Origin: Phoronis australis
Taxonomy: Eukaryota; Animalia; Phoronida
DNA: 64,000 nucleotides
Direction: 5' to 3'
Assembly (NCBI GenBank): GCA_002633005.1
Contig: NMRA01000050.1
Location: 615,679 to 679,678, forward strand
Both the position numbers and the translations under genes were made by a program. The notes beneath the pieces are model-generated. The model made no database searches. It was not told the DNA's origin and saw only the letters and a program-made list of their open reading frames with translations. The first letter of the stretch is position 1; each line of letters starts with the position of its first letter. This document shows positions 1 to 13,500 of this stretch, in pieces.

Positions 1-1900
1 CAATTTTGAGGAAGTTATGCGAAATCATGCCAGTTCACAAACAAAAAGTCTAACTTTGAAGGGTTACGATGAATCTTACAAATTTCTCTGGATATTTTCA
101 TAAGAATGTTGAAGGAATTGGGAAACTTCTCCCTCACTCAGTCAAGTGGTTGCGGTTTATATTTCTACCAATTTTGAAAGTTGTATAGCAGGAGGTTGAT
201 TTCTGAATTGCTGAGAAAATTTTGGTAGCGTTTCTGCCAGAGCTTGTTGAGGGACCTAGATAAACCAAGAAGTTTGAGAAATGAAAAATTTAGTCATTCC
301 AAACAAAAACATTATTAAGTAAATGTGGTAGGGATTGAGAGCATTTTACAAATGAGTATTGGACGTGGACTGCTGCCTTGGGAGTCTGACTCTATCATGG
401 AAACCAAGAGATAATTGTTACTTGGCATGCAACTTAGGAACAAGCCTATGTCAGCAATTCCCTGGGACCCAGTGCCCGGTTGCATGAAACAGTCCCAAAT
501 AGTTAATCCATTAGTCCCCTAAATCTTTTGACTTGCTTCAATGGTTGATTCAACTACTTAAATGGAATACCATTTTGATGCCACTTGATCACAGCAGCAC
601 TTGTTTTAGACAACACTCTTAGTATAATGCACTTGGCTTCATTCTAGTTGATGTGCAGCACTCACACAAATCTTGTGACTCTTACCAATTGTGCACAGTA
701 GTCACTGTATTAGGATATTTAGAGCTGCTAATAACTTGTAAGACTTTGAACAATAATCAATTGTGTTTATGTATTGACTGCTGTATTTTTTCATGGAAAA
801 GTGGCCGGCGTCACTTACAGGGGTCCGAATTTTGATATCCTGTTTGATGCCTCTTTCTTAGTGGAAAAACTAGTTCTTAAAATGCAGAAAGTGAATACTG
901 ACAGGCAAGTTAGCTCATTGAGTATCCAAGTATGGAAGTGAATACTGTCAGAAATGGACAATTTTTTACTTTGTGCAAAATGATTGATGGCAACGAATGA
1001 GAATCCTTGTTAGTCATCATGATCTGTGAATTCTTCTCAATAATGGAAATAAATTCTAATTTGAGTAATGAACATGTTCAGGCTACTTTAAGAAATAATT
1101 GATAAAAAATTACGACTCTATCAAACTTTCAGAATATTGAGTGAATTATGCATTGCACAACCCTGTTGATTTATGTTGACATGGCCACGTGGAGCTTTTT
1201 TTCCAGTGGCACTGACATCAACTATTCATATTCATCAAATTCTTTACTCTGTCCAGGTCACAACCGCTCAACCTCTCAGTCGTCACAAATTTCAATATTC
1301 TCTCCCCAGTCACCTTCACTTTCACCTTGTCACATGTTTCAGCAGGCGGTCATCACTAATTTCACAAATTAACCCTAAGCATGCTTGGGAGGGCATGTGT
1401 CCTCAGTCTACTTTTGTCTTCTGTCCCCCCATTGGGACTTCCTGCCATCACAGTTTTACCACCAGTTGCTCTACTACATCCTCTGTTGTCACAATTGTCA
1501 AAAGGTTTCCCTCAAGGTCTCCCTAATTACTGTAATGCAGTGTGTGTAAGTGTTTTTATGTATTTGTAAAACCTGTTATGTCGTGGTAAGTGTGTGTGTG
1601 TGAACGTATATGCATTACTAATTACATGTACAAATACTAGCTCAGTATATGTTTACGTATGAATATAAATTCAAATTCTCTGCGTACGTCCGTCATACCC
1701 CTTTAAACGTAATTTTCTCAGTCAGATAATGAGACCTATCAATTGGTGTACTAATTATTTTCCTAGGATGAACATTTTTTCACAATTGATCAAAATGTTC
1801 TCTGGTTGTATGTCCGTCATAAATGGAATTGCCCAGAAACAAAAGGTGTCTAGGGAACTTTCGCTATTTTTGAATAAGCATTTCACCTCTGTTTAACTGG

Positions 1901-2060
1901 CATAGGTGGATTCAGGGCTGGGTCAAGGGGGTCCGGACCCCCTTTGCCCTTGATTTTAGTGATATCAAATCTAGAATTTTCAAATTGGTGATTTGGTTCC
2001 CCGTTTTTAAAAAAATCCTTGATCCGACCCCTCTTTGAAAAATCTTGCATCTGACTGGGA
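1901..2060. mobile_element. Degenerate small MITE of the CATAGGCGGATCCAGG / GGGGGTCCGGACCCCC type
   Basis: Begins cataggtggattcaggg, has the internal palindrome gggggtccggaccccc, and a decayed right end. Confidence 0.4.
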
Positions 2061-5000
2061 TTAAAATCATTACCATGCCCATGTGGTCTTCAATTGTTAA
2101 TGAATAAGCCGACGAATCAAGTAACATTTTCAAATTCACAACCTCAATAAACGGTGGAGCTTTTTTTTGAGTCGCCATTGGTTTTGATGTTCTTGTTGAC
2201 AATGGATATAGAATCCTATCGTGATAAAGAATATTACTTGATGATTAAAAAGGTCTAATTTGAGTTTTCGTTGTAGCCAGCTAAACAGTGGTAAATGAAG
2301 CGTTAAATGGTGTTTGTCTGGACTGTAAAGTTCACTCATGTAATGTGCAACACATGTACTGGTGTCTGCTCACCTTTCGTTGTAATGAGGCTGAAATCAA
2401 CAACTTTTTGTGTTCTGTTAGTGAATAGTCCAATCCATATTGAGGGAGAGTTCAGCTACAGTATTGCTGACAATTTTTCTCTGTATTATGGAACGGTTGT
2501 TGGCTCGTAAACAACAGGTGACATCACTGAAAATTTGGTGACTTGTATAATATGTCAGAGAACAGCACTTGAGCTGACAATAGTTGAAGGCTTGGATCCA
2601 CTACAACATGCCGTCTGGTGTGAGTATGGCTAAACAAGTTTAACGTGAGCTTCTGATGCATGGAATGAACACACACAGACTTATAGCAAATATCCTGTGT
2701 GAAAGATAGAGGCATGTGCCATCTCATCCCAGTCAAGTTAAATCACACCAACTAAAATGGCAGGCCAGTGTGGCATGGATCCAACTGATGGAAATGCAAG
2801 ATATTGCCTTGCATTGCAAGTGAAGAACATCATCTCACTAGCTTTACTTACTAACCTCTTTCGTCTTCGGAATGCAGCCAAGGTTTATTCATGTCTTGCA
2901 AATTTTCAGTGAAATCGGCAGATGTCTACGAGTTGACAACCATCTGTCTCACAATGCATTTGAAAAATGACAATCAGCAATTTTCACCCGTAGTGAGTAG
3001 GTTTTACCACTTCCCCAAATTAAAGTGTAAACTTAAGCCACTTCGTTAATTCCGGGAATTTGTTGTTTTGAGTTACTGTTGTTGTTCTCTCGCTAGAAGT
3101 GGTTGCTGGACTGGCCCATTCCTGAATCAGTGCCTGCTAGGTGCTGTCAAGGCGATTACCATTGATTTATTTGTCTTTCATCTTTGAGTTATTGTTTGCT
3201 CATCAAACTCCATAATTGTTTAAGTTTGTTCAAGTGGAGATGCTATTAGGTAGCCTTGAAATTGTCCAGTGTCAATTTTGGTGGGGGGGGGGCTGAGACT
3301 TCGAGCTGCCATATGGTGATAGCTATTCAGCAAAATATCTGCTCTGAAGTTTTCTGTTTGAAGGAGTGTTAGGTTGTAAAAACAATTTCTACGTATACAT
3401 TTAAATCGTATGGTATTACTTTTGGTCTAAAGCACTTCTAGAAATGGGTATGACAAGAGTATATGACTTTGGTATATCAGGAAACAATCTTTCGTTATGG
3501 AACTGTAATTAAGATTTTAATTTATACAACGTAGTTCACTATTTTACGGTACTTTGGAACTCCTATTCCAATGACAAATCCCCGTTCATTGAAAACTTAC
3601 ATGAGTCTAACCACAACACGAATAACATTTTTTTAAAGAAAATGTTCATGGTTTTATGCAAGTGCTGAAGGCCCACATTGCTCTGAGCAAAACATAGAGC
3701 AAAACAGTCTTGACAGATTCGTTTGAGTGACCCCCCTGATTGTGTCTGCTTGCTGATCTTAGATCACATTAATAGATTGCATTTAAATTGATTGGTTATT
3801 AATCCTGATTACTATGCCATGGTCACTGCTATGGACCTGGTGTTGATAGTTGTCATCTGCTGTTGATCCATGTTGAAGGTTCGAGAAATTCGTTTTGGAG
3901 ACCTTTTAAAGGTGAGCATAACACTCTTACGGTATGATTTACATGGTGAATTCTGACATTTTGTGGGTTGAAATCCACACTCTCTTGAGACGAGGCAAAT
4001 TGTATTTGCAAGGACACTTGACATGTTATGCTATTTTTCATTCATAAAAGTTGACACCTGCTTTGTTGTTGGAGTTTAGCTGTGAAGAATAAACTTGCTT
4101 TATGAGCTGTTTTAAACTTAGCCTTTGCTACAAACTTATTGACATCGGGGCTGAAGTTCAATGTGCTGGTAAGGACAAATTTAATGCTTATTTGTTATAA
4201 AGGTCACTAAATAAACCATCTAGTGAGGTGATCGAGAAACCAGTTCACTCGTATGTGTGTGCTTATGAATCCATGAATTCGGAATCTGGTTTTGTTCAAA
4301 ATAACTAAGGTTTCCTTGGAACTGAACAAGACTGTTGTCCATTAAAAAAGAACTGGTCTTAGAAAAACAGCAGGAATACAATGATTGACTGATGAATAAT
4401 TCTCAAAGGGGGTAGGTTGAAGTTGACTTAACATTGGTCCTAAATATTGCCACAATAGTCATTTATGTGTCCATTATAACACCACCTAGAAGTTTTAAAT
4501 ACACACTTATGCAATTAATGGTTAAAAGGTTTACAAAGTTGATGGAAGCCCATTCAGAAACGAGTTAAATATTTCTCCCCTGGGTGCCCACTTGCAGTCA
4601 CTGGTGATAGGTTCGTTGACTGTGGCCTTTTCATTGAAGACATGGTGGTTACCAGATTGGGTTTGTCATGACTGACAGTACCAGGTTGGGTGGTGTTAAC
4701 AGTCGTAAACAATACAGGTTGGTGTGGATCAGTCTTCTGAGAAGTCACTTGGTAAATACCTACTTGCAAAAAAGAAATATCATTGCTTTTCCTTATTTTT
4801 CACCTGTTTAAAATGTGGAGTGAGTCTCATTAATTGACAGTCTACAACTTACAATTTTTTTTATACCTGCGATATTTTGCCATCGACTTTTTAGGTGATA
4901 AAAAGTGTATCTGAAAGTTTCATTTGAATTTGATCAGCCATGTCAGAAATGCGATCTTAGTCAAATTTGGCATTTTCTAGAGTTGCGCATTTACCTTTAA

Positions 5001-5319
5001 AGTGCAATCTATTGTAAAACTGAATGTTAAGTACAATAAAAATCTTTCAATGTTAGAGAAAAATAATTGGAAAATGACCCTTTTAATTTTCTAGGGTTCA
5101 CTACATTACTACAAATGTTCTAAAAATTTTCCAAATATTTGGTGATAAAAGCAGAGTTGTCACGGAGTGAGTTGTCACTGCATGACTTGCTCCGCATTAG
5201 TCGGATTTACACGACATTAGATGACAAACTGGATCAGTATGAGTCATTTACACAAAGACTGTCTGTGCATGCTCACATAAACAGCGAACGTCCAAACCAA
5301 GTGGAATGCCAGCGGGGAT

Positions 5320-6445
5320 TATGGCGTGTTATGTGTTGCAAAATTCAATGTTCAAAAAATTAGGTTTGATGTAATTATATGTATTCGATATCTTAGATTT
5401 ATATTTGATCTTCTTATGTTTATATTTGATCTTCGTATATTTATATTTGATCTTATATTCAATGTTATCTACATTTATGTTTCATAAGATTATATGTATT
5501 CAATGTTCATTACAATTGTATTCCATGTTTTGAAAATTTCTGTTCGATGTTCATATATGTATTCGGTAATGTCAAGTTTTTGTTCGATGTCTTCCGGTTA
5601 TATTCGATAATGGAACTCTGGGTAAATTGAAACGACGGCCGTGATTGGTCAGCGTGTTCACAAATATCGGTAGATCTCGCCTTCTGTCCTTGCTGTGGTT
5701 GGTGTGGACGTTGATCGAGTGCAGGACCTGGTACGCCGGTGGTGGTAGAGGTGGTGTGCTTGATCTTCTTCTGGAGACGAGACGCTGGCTGGATGGCAAC
5801 AGCGTGATTGACATCGTAGAGGTGAAGCTGGCTTGATGGCAACAGCTTAGAGTTTGATTCACATGAAGCGGGCTTGTTGGCAACAGCTGTCATGCTACTG
5901 ATTGCTTGTCTTTATAGTCAGTGCCCCGTCGGGACAGTTTTTTTTTCCGTTGTCTTTATACTGCCCCGACGCCCCTTCGGAACATGCAGTTACCAGTGGC
6001 ACAGGGCCCGAACCCTTAGTGCTCCGGTAGCAGGTTGTCACGAAATTTGGTTGTCTTTATACTGCCCCGTCGCCCCTTCGGAACAGTTACCAGTAGCGCA
6101 GGGCCCGAACCCTTAGTGCTCCGGTACATGGTTGTCACGACAGGAAGCAACTCTTCTTCGGTAGCCGCCATTTATTTAATTCCAGGAACCAATCAGGGAC
6201 GTCGTTTCATAATACCCATAATTCCGTTATTGAACATATCAAAAGAAACATCGAACACATATAACGAAACATCGAACATATATACTAAGTTATCGCACAT
6301 AAGTATTTTCTTTATGGAATCAAAATATTTTGACATCAAATGTACAAACTATAAGATCAAATATAAATATAAGGTATCGAATACACATAATTACATCAAA
6401 CCTAATTTTTTGAACATTGAATTTTGCAACATATAACACGCCATA
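5320..6445. mobile_element. Non-autonomous IS3EU-like DNA transposon (TATGG...CCATA termini, long imperfect TIRs, 6-bp TSD GGGGAT)
   Basis: GGGGAT at 5314-5319 and 6446-6451. TIRs are close matches for about 90 bp and recognisable for about 300 bp. Internal ~100-bp direct repeats at about 5948-6140. Confidence 0.75.
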
Positions 6446-8438
6446 GGGGATCACCCCTATACGCTATTGCCTAAGCGCATTGAAAGATGATGCCTTCCAG
6501 CTGTGTTTAGACCTGTGGTTGAAACTGGAGCAATTGATCCCAGTGCAACTCCCTCTACCTCTCAAACTGGTGTCAGTATGACCATTGCAGTGTCAACTTG
6601 TTCCGTTTCAGTTGTGTTTACACACGCACTTGTGCCCGATCAGCTTTTCCGTGTTTGTTGCATGGTGCCAACTGTCTCTCGTGTAAATGCGGCTTATGTT
6701 AAGCATGCTAAAATATTTAATATAGTTTCTTAAAAATATTTTTTTGTTGAGAAATTTTGCTTTTCTCCAACATTGTGTCCTAAAATAAACATTTGTAACC
6801 ATAACCATGGGAAAAGGTCAAAATTAAATTTGTTATGATACAGTGGCCATAAACGTGCGTTTCACCCAAGAACTGAACTTTTGCTTTAGTCCACTTAACT
6901 GTACTTCGTGTCAACATGCCCCTTACTCAAATAATAATTAATTTCTAGCTTTGCAAACAACTGTCATTGCCTTATTCCTTTCTACCATGCTAAGTGCATA
7001 AAATGGTACACGGTAATCTCACCTATAAAAAGGCTGCCGGTTCTTTTGGAGTCTTGAAATAACTCCCCAATTTTTCTAAGGAACAATTTGAAACCAATGT
7101 TGTTGAGATAGTTCTAGATCACAAGTATTTATGATGGTAGATATGTTTGTTAATGTTTATACTGGGCACTTTATACCATATACACTGCTTTAAGTACAAA
7201 CTAAGTCCTGGTGTCTGTTTAATGAAATATATTGCATTTCCACTTCACAGTTACTGAATAGATATTTAGCCATTTAATTTTTAGCTCATCAGAGTCTTGA
7301 AATGATTTATACAAATTATCTAAGTCGCTTGCAGTTATGCATATACTCTCGGTACTTTTGATTAAGTGAGATTTAGTTATTTTCAGTTAGGTAAAACTAA
7401 ATTTCTGACTTCTGTAAGTTTTAAGTCACGTTACATGAAGCAGACCCAAGGTCAACTCATGACAAAAAACGAGTTCGCCACTTCATGCTGCCTTGAACAG
7501 ATGGTCCAGAGTTTTTGTGTGTACACCTAATAAGAAATCACACAGTACTACATTATAAATATTGATAACCTAGTCTCGCCCAGTTTCTGTTCGTCTTCTG
7601 ACGGCAAACATCAGCCTGGACTTGGAAATAGAGTTATCTTATGTTTTATTCAGTAGCTCTGCATTGTTGCAAGTATGTAGTCCTTAAGTGTCATGTATCA
7701 GTATAGGTAGTCGTGTACATAACAACTAACTTTTAGAATAGGTGCAATGAATATTTCAGAGTTTTCATTGTCAGATTTCATGATTTGTTTCGAAGCCATA
7801 GCAACTAACTGCTTAGTCAGTGGTATGTTCATCATGAACATAAGCGGATATCTTGTCTTTATGGACAAATTAGTTCTGTTACATTGGATTATTGTTTCTG
7901 TCCATTTCTTCACATCAACATTATTTGTTTGGGGGTAAAACCATGGATATAAGAAACACAATGTTTAGTAGATTCCTTCAAAATACATTTCTTATAGTTA
8001 CAAGAAGATCTCATCAGTCAGTGTTACTTTTGTCTACTTACAACAGGGGTGTCTTGTAAATTGGATGCCATGAAGTTTGAAAAAACAGAGATGTTGTTTT
8101 TTGATCTCCAAGAATTTTGCCGTGTTCAGGGTGTTGTGTTGAGATATCTCACAAATGGAGCTATCGAGGTGCAGGCAAAATTTGTTTTCTTTTTGGAAGT
8201 TTGTGTATGTTATTGAATATATTTGCTTGGTTCTCATCGAGTTGTAATCTTGCTATTGAATCAATTCATATTGCCTGAAATTGCATTTTGGTTCAGCGCT
8301 TAATGTCTCAGTGTGTTAAAAGTACACGTTTTGTTGTGGCATATGATGTGCGTGTCTTTTAGATATAAACAATGCCTGTAAGTCTAAGATATAGAGGTGT
8401 ATGGAAGCCTTGTTCAGCTCTTCACTTGGTATTTTCAG

Positions 8439-10574
8439 GTTAACAAGCCAGTGGTTACTCAAGTGGATAATGGAGTTGGAGTAAGACGCCAGCGTGGCAA
8501 GAGAAGGGGCAACTCTAAGATGGGGGAAAGAAGTATGACTGGCCTGCAGAACCTCGATTTCCTGAGTACAAGTCTTGAAGACTTGTCTCTTGGCAACAAG
8601 TTGTTGCTACGGCAACAAAAGGACAGGCCAATGCTTAAGTACAGTAGCTCTGCACCGGGACCGTCGTCAGAACAGATGATGAAACAGGCAGACTCAAATA
8701 TGTGCTATGCTAATGGAGACGCTCATGTGGTCACCACGGGAAGTGCTCCTACAAGTCCTGTTAAATATCACCCTTCCATCAATGCACACATGCCACCCTC
8801 AACTAATCCGTATGCCAGACCACTTAGCGCCAAAGATATCCAACCTTCAACACCATCATCACCACAGTCAGCATTGGCTAAAAGAAAATCTATTGAGTCG
8901 CCTTTTGCGAATGGCTTTAATGCTTCTTCGTCGTCGTCAAACCTGGTCAATACATTCTTGAGGCCACAGTCAGGCACAAGGAGGAGAGGTGAATCATCTG
9001 CCCCCTCCGCACAGTCGCCAGTTAGGGGTGGTCACAAAATTACTAAACCGATGCCGCCTACGGGGTTGGTTAGAAACGAGCCTCAACTTTTGAGCAAGGC
9101 TATGCAAAACAAACCACCTGTTGGCCCACACAGACCTAAATCACTTGTAAATGAAGACAGAACCAGGTCTACCAATGCTGCTTCTACTGGATCATACACA
9201 TTCAGTAGTGTTACTGATGCTAAGTCAAAATTTATGTCAAAAGTTGACAGTGTGAACAACAACATTATGACCAACAAAGGACCAGCTCCTGGTAGACTCG
9301 AGAGGGAACGCCCCCTGTCGGTAAAAGACAATGCGGGTAACCCTTCTAAGGAAAAGCCAAATGTGAGTACTGCTGATTCAAGGTCACGCACTACTGCTGT
9401 AAACAGACGAGACTCTAGTCCAGCAAATACTGGCAGAAGGGAGCTGACACACAAGTTAAGTAAAAGCCCTGCGAGTAGTGATGGTGAGGGTTCGAGCCGA
9501 GAAACACCAAAAAAATCCAATAAGCACGTGCCACGCCCACCGCCTGGCACCAAGGTGACCACAGTCGCATCTCGTCCCCCGTCGGCAACTTCGCGACCCA
9601 TATCAGCCCTGTCGCGGCCGGGTTCGGCATCAGAGATTGCCGCAAAGGTGCGTAATGTTAACTACTCGCCCTCAAAGCCATATGTTGAACTAGTTGAGAG
9701 TTCATCAGCTATAAACTCGTCCAAAGTGGAACCTGAAGGGGATGCAACTAGTAGTGTGACTNAAATTTATGTCAAAAGTTGACAGTGTGAACAACAACGT
9801 TATGACCAACAAAGGACCAGCTCCTGGTAGACTCGAGAGGGAACGCCCCCTGTCGGTAAAAGGCAATGCGGGTAACCCTTCTAAGGAAAAGCCAAATGTG
9901 AGTACTGCTGATTCAAGGTCACGCGCTACTGCTGTAAACAGACGAGACTCTAGTCCAGCAAATACTGGCAGAAGGGAGCTGACACACAAGTTAAGTAAAA
10001 GCCCTGCGAGTAGTGATGGTGAGGGTTCGAGCCGAGAAACACCAAAAAAGTCCAATAAGCACGTGCCACGCCCACCGCCTGGCACCAAGGTGACCACAGT
10101 CGCATCTCGTCCCCCGTCGGCAACTTCGCTACCCATATCAGCCCTGTCGCGGCCGGGTTCGGCATCAGAGATTGCCGCAAAGGTGCGTAATGTTAACTAC
10201 TCGCCCTCAAAGCCATATGTTGAACTAGTTGAGAGTTCATCAGCTATAAACTCGTCCAAAGTGGAACCTGAAGGGGATGCAACTAGTAGTGTGACTTTGA
10301 CAGGGAGTGTGGTGACAAAGGAGTCGAGTTCTGTGTCAGAGGGGTCTTCGGGCTCGGATTCCATTGCCTCTAAAACTGTGTATTACCATAAAGAATCAAA
10401 GGCCTCCAAAGGGAGCCGGCCAGAGTACCGGTCCCTTGCTGATGGTGCTCCATCGCAGATGGTCAAGAGGGAAGCGTTATCAGCAGCAACAACCACGACA
10501 TTAGGTGAAAGTGAGGGTGAAGAGTGGGAGGATGAAGGAGAGGAATCAGAGTTTAGTGGCGCCCCCAGTGTCAG
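8439..10574 (+). CDS. TTLL4: TTLL4 large N-terminal exon (S/P/R/K-rich low-complexity region); contains a 534-bp assembly duplication
   Basis: Acceptor attttcag|G at 8438/8439 and donor AG|gtaagc at 10574/10575. ORFs 8397..9782 and 9769..10578 are one frame split by the N at 9762. Confidence 0.8.
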
Positions 10575-13500
10575 GTAAGCTAATTATTTTGACATGCTGA
10601 TTAGTTTGATACTAAGTTTTCACAAGAGATTGTTGTGAATGTTCACCGTTTCTAAAAACGCTGGGAGATGGAAGGTGTGCTATTAAACAGTGTAACTTTC
10701 ATGACAAAAAGTTTCACTTGCCTGCCATACTGTATCCCAAATTTGTGAGGTTTTACTTTAGCCCAGCAAATCCATTAATTGCTTTGTATGTTTTGGCAAT
10801 TCCATTATATATCCCAAGTTTTTAAGCAAATTTATAGTTCCAATGTAGGGTCATCGAATGCAAAGTTGATCTAGAAAGTTAACTGTGTAAATCATAATGT
10901 ACTTGAGCACGCAACAACACTTTTCTTGAGTTCACAAAAAGAAGAATGAAAAATGTCAAAAATTTTTTTTTTTCGAGTACGCAGTTCCAATACCAATGAA
11001 AAACGAAACGCCTCGCTAAAGTTCCAGTTTTGTTTAGTTAACAAAATTCACACTAATTTCTTTGTGATATTTCATTGGCTCTTCAGTGGTGACGATGGGA
11101 TGGAGTAACGTTTGACCCAGTGTGTTGTAAACCTTGGTAAACTCTCAAAAGTAGCATTAACCCCCCAGGTGAATAGCAGATCAGGTATTTGGATAACTGG
11201 ATAAGCAACTGATAATGTCCATTCAGTCTGACCCTACATAAACTATGGTGAACAAAAAGTGGAAACAGATTGCTCAGTGACTAGATAAGAGTTTATAGAG
11301 TCAACAGAGAGCTCTGTTTACACTGACAACCTGCTTAGCTACAACATGAGAGCAGTTACTTTTATTTACCTAACATTATTGACCAGGGATTACATCACTG
11401 GAATAGGAACTGAAGACATAGTACTACACACAAATGCTCAGCTTATGAATAGTTGTACATTTAGACTAAACCATGAATTATATAACTATACATTTACTGA
11501 TGAAACTTTGCTCTTGTAACCTGTTTCATGGTCCACACTGAAACATTAGATTTTATTGATTTAGACTTCATCTTAGTAGCACTTGTAATTATAAGAATGG
11601 TGTATTGATTTTATGCTACTTATCAATTAAAATGTTCAATCAGTTAATAATCTACGGTAATCCAACTGATATTTACCCCAGTTACATGTCTTAGCGATGG
11701 CTGATGAAGGTTCATTGCTAAGGGATTTACAGCTTAATCCTAACATACAGGGTCTTAAGCATCTTCATTATCCTAGAATTAAGATAACTGCATTATTATA
11801 CAGTTATGCTCTTCGTTGATGAAAAATTGGTTAATTCCTGTGCAAAATTCAATGTTTGTTTTTTGGCAATAAATCTTTGATAACATTACTCAATGGGAGC
11901 TATTTATTACCCTTTTCATACCTGGGTGATTGATGTTGAAAAAGTTGTAGCCTAGCCTCTATTTTCATAGCATTCAGTGTTATTTAATGACGGTGTGTGA
12001 AGTGCAAAGAATTACTATGTCTGTTGCTGGTCGTATGTCCTGGTAATAATATCTAACATTCTTTTCCTCTCAGTGCCTTCCTAAATTTGTCAAAGGCCAC
12101 ATTTTTTCAGTTTTTGATTCGAAGGTGAATCCCTAATGGCTCTGGTCAGAGCAAAGCTTCTCTACACCACATTTAACCTGAAACTGTTGGTGCCATTAAC
12201 TGTCAGGATTTCCATTGGTTGGTGGGATATTTGTGACTGACATCCTCAACAAGAGGTCTAAAACTAGCTCTAAAAGTGGCTGCCAGATGGCTCTAATATT
12301 ACTGTTTGTGTTGCAGTGAACGCATGCCCGGAGATGGCGAGGCTGATGACATGGAAGATGATGATATGGAGGATGATGATGAAGCCATTGATAACTTGGA
12401 TGATGATGGTGATGATCTTGTCAGCTCTGATGGTGAGACTTAGAGTTTTCTTGTCGCTTTAGTTTGGCAACTGTCCTTTACATTGATGTAGCCCTTTGTT
12501 AGGTTGGATAATAAATGAACGAGTCTAGTCTTGGTTGTGTGCTGACACAGCTTGTGTCAAATTGTTTGATTTCTATAAGATTGAAGCACCGCTATCTGAA
12601 TGATGCTTTATGTTGAGGCTATCTGCTGGGTGGCGAGAAATACAAAATTATTACCCTCACATCGCGTTGCTGCTACAAAGTGGTGGTTGTCATTTGTTAA
12701 AGAAATTCAAGTGGGAACATTCATCTGAACTTCAGTCAGGTATTGTCCAATATACTGGCATTTTATCCACTTCAAAGGCCATATTACTTGATTTTCAAAA
12801 AGCACCCTGCATCATTTGTCTTATATTTATTTTGTTGAAATGGAATGCGCACTAATGACTGATGATTTGAACAATGCTTGCTACATTTATCAAATAGAAG
12901 CAGGAAATATAAATATGCTCTCTGGCAGAAAGGATGCTTTTAAAGGATTGTTAGTCAAGTTGGGCCTACAGCTAGTTGACAACTTGTGCTGTTTATTTTA
13001 ATGACTTGTATTTTTACTTTGGGTAAATAAAAAGTGTTGCTTATTTCACACACAGACTTGCCAAAATGTTGGAAATTTCACTATCCACTTTTAATTTGTG
13101 AGTTGCGTTAAATAGATCCAATTGTTTGGAAAAAGTCACTGCCTGAATGGTGCGCCATTGCAGAAAAGTAGAGTCTCAAGTGGGGAATAATGTGTTTTTG
13201 CATATTTGGTATTGTACAAGTATGGATTGATCTACAGGGTGGTTTCAGGTCGTATGGACTGAGGGAGAGTGATTTTGGAACATGGCTCTCCTGTGGTCAA
13301 TATGGCCTGCTATACCTAAGGGATGGGTCTATATCTATTTTATTATAGTACCACCCACACCTAATTTTTTCTGTCTTTTATTAGGTTGGCATGTTGCTAG
13401 TACGTACTTTGATGTACTGGGTGGCATGTGATATTCCTTATCCAGTCACATACAATTCTTCAATTCTTCACAGGTCTATATTTGCTCATTTCAGATGAGT

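Noticed and set aside
7999-8175. Open frame LQEDLISQ...MKFEKTEMLFF...GAIEVQ after a ttcttatag acceptor, as a possible upstream TTLL4 exon
   Set aside because: Only weak donors (GAG|gtgcag or a GC donor) and no recognisable homology; cannot be supported without transcripts.
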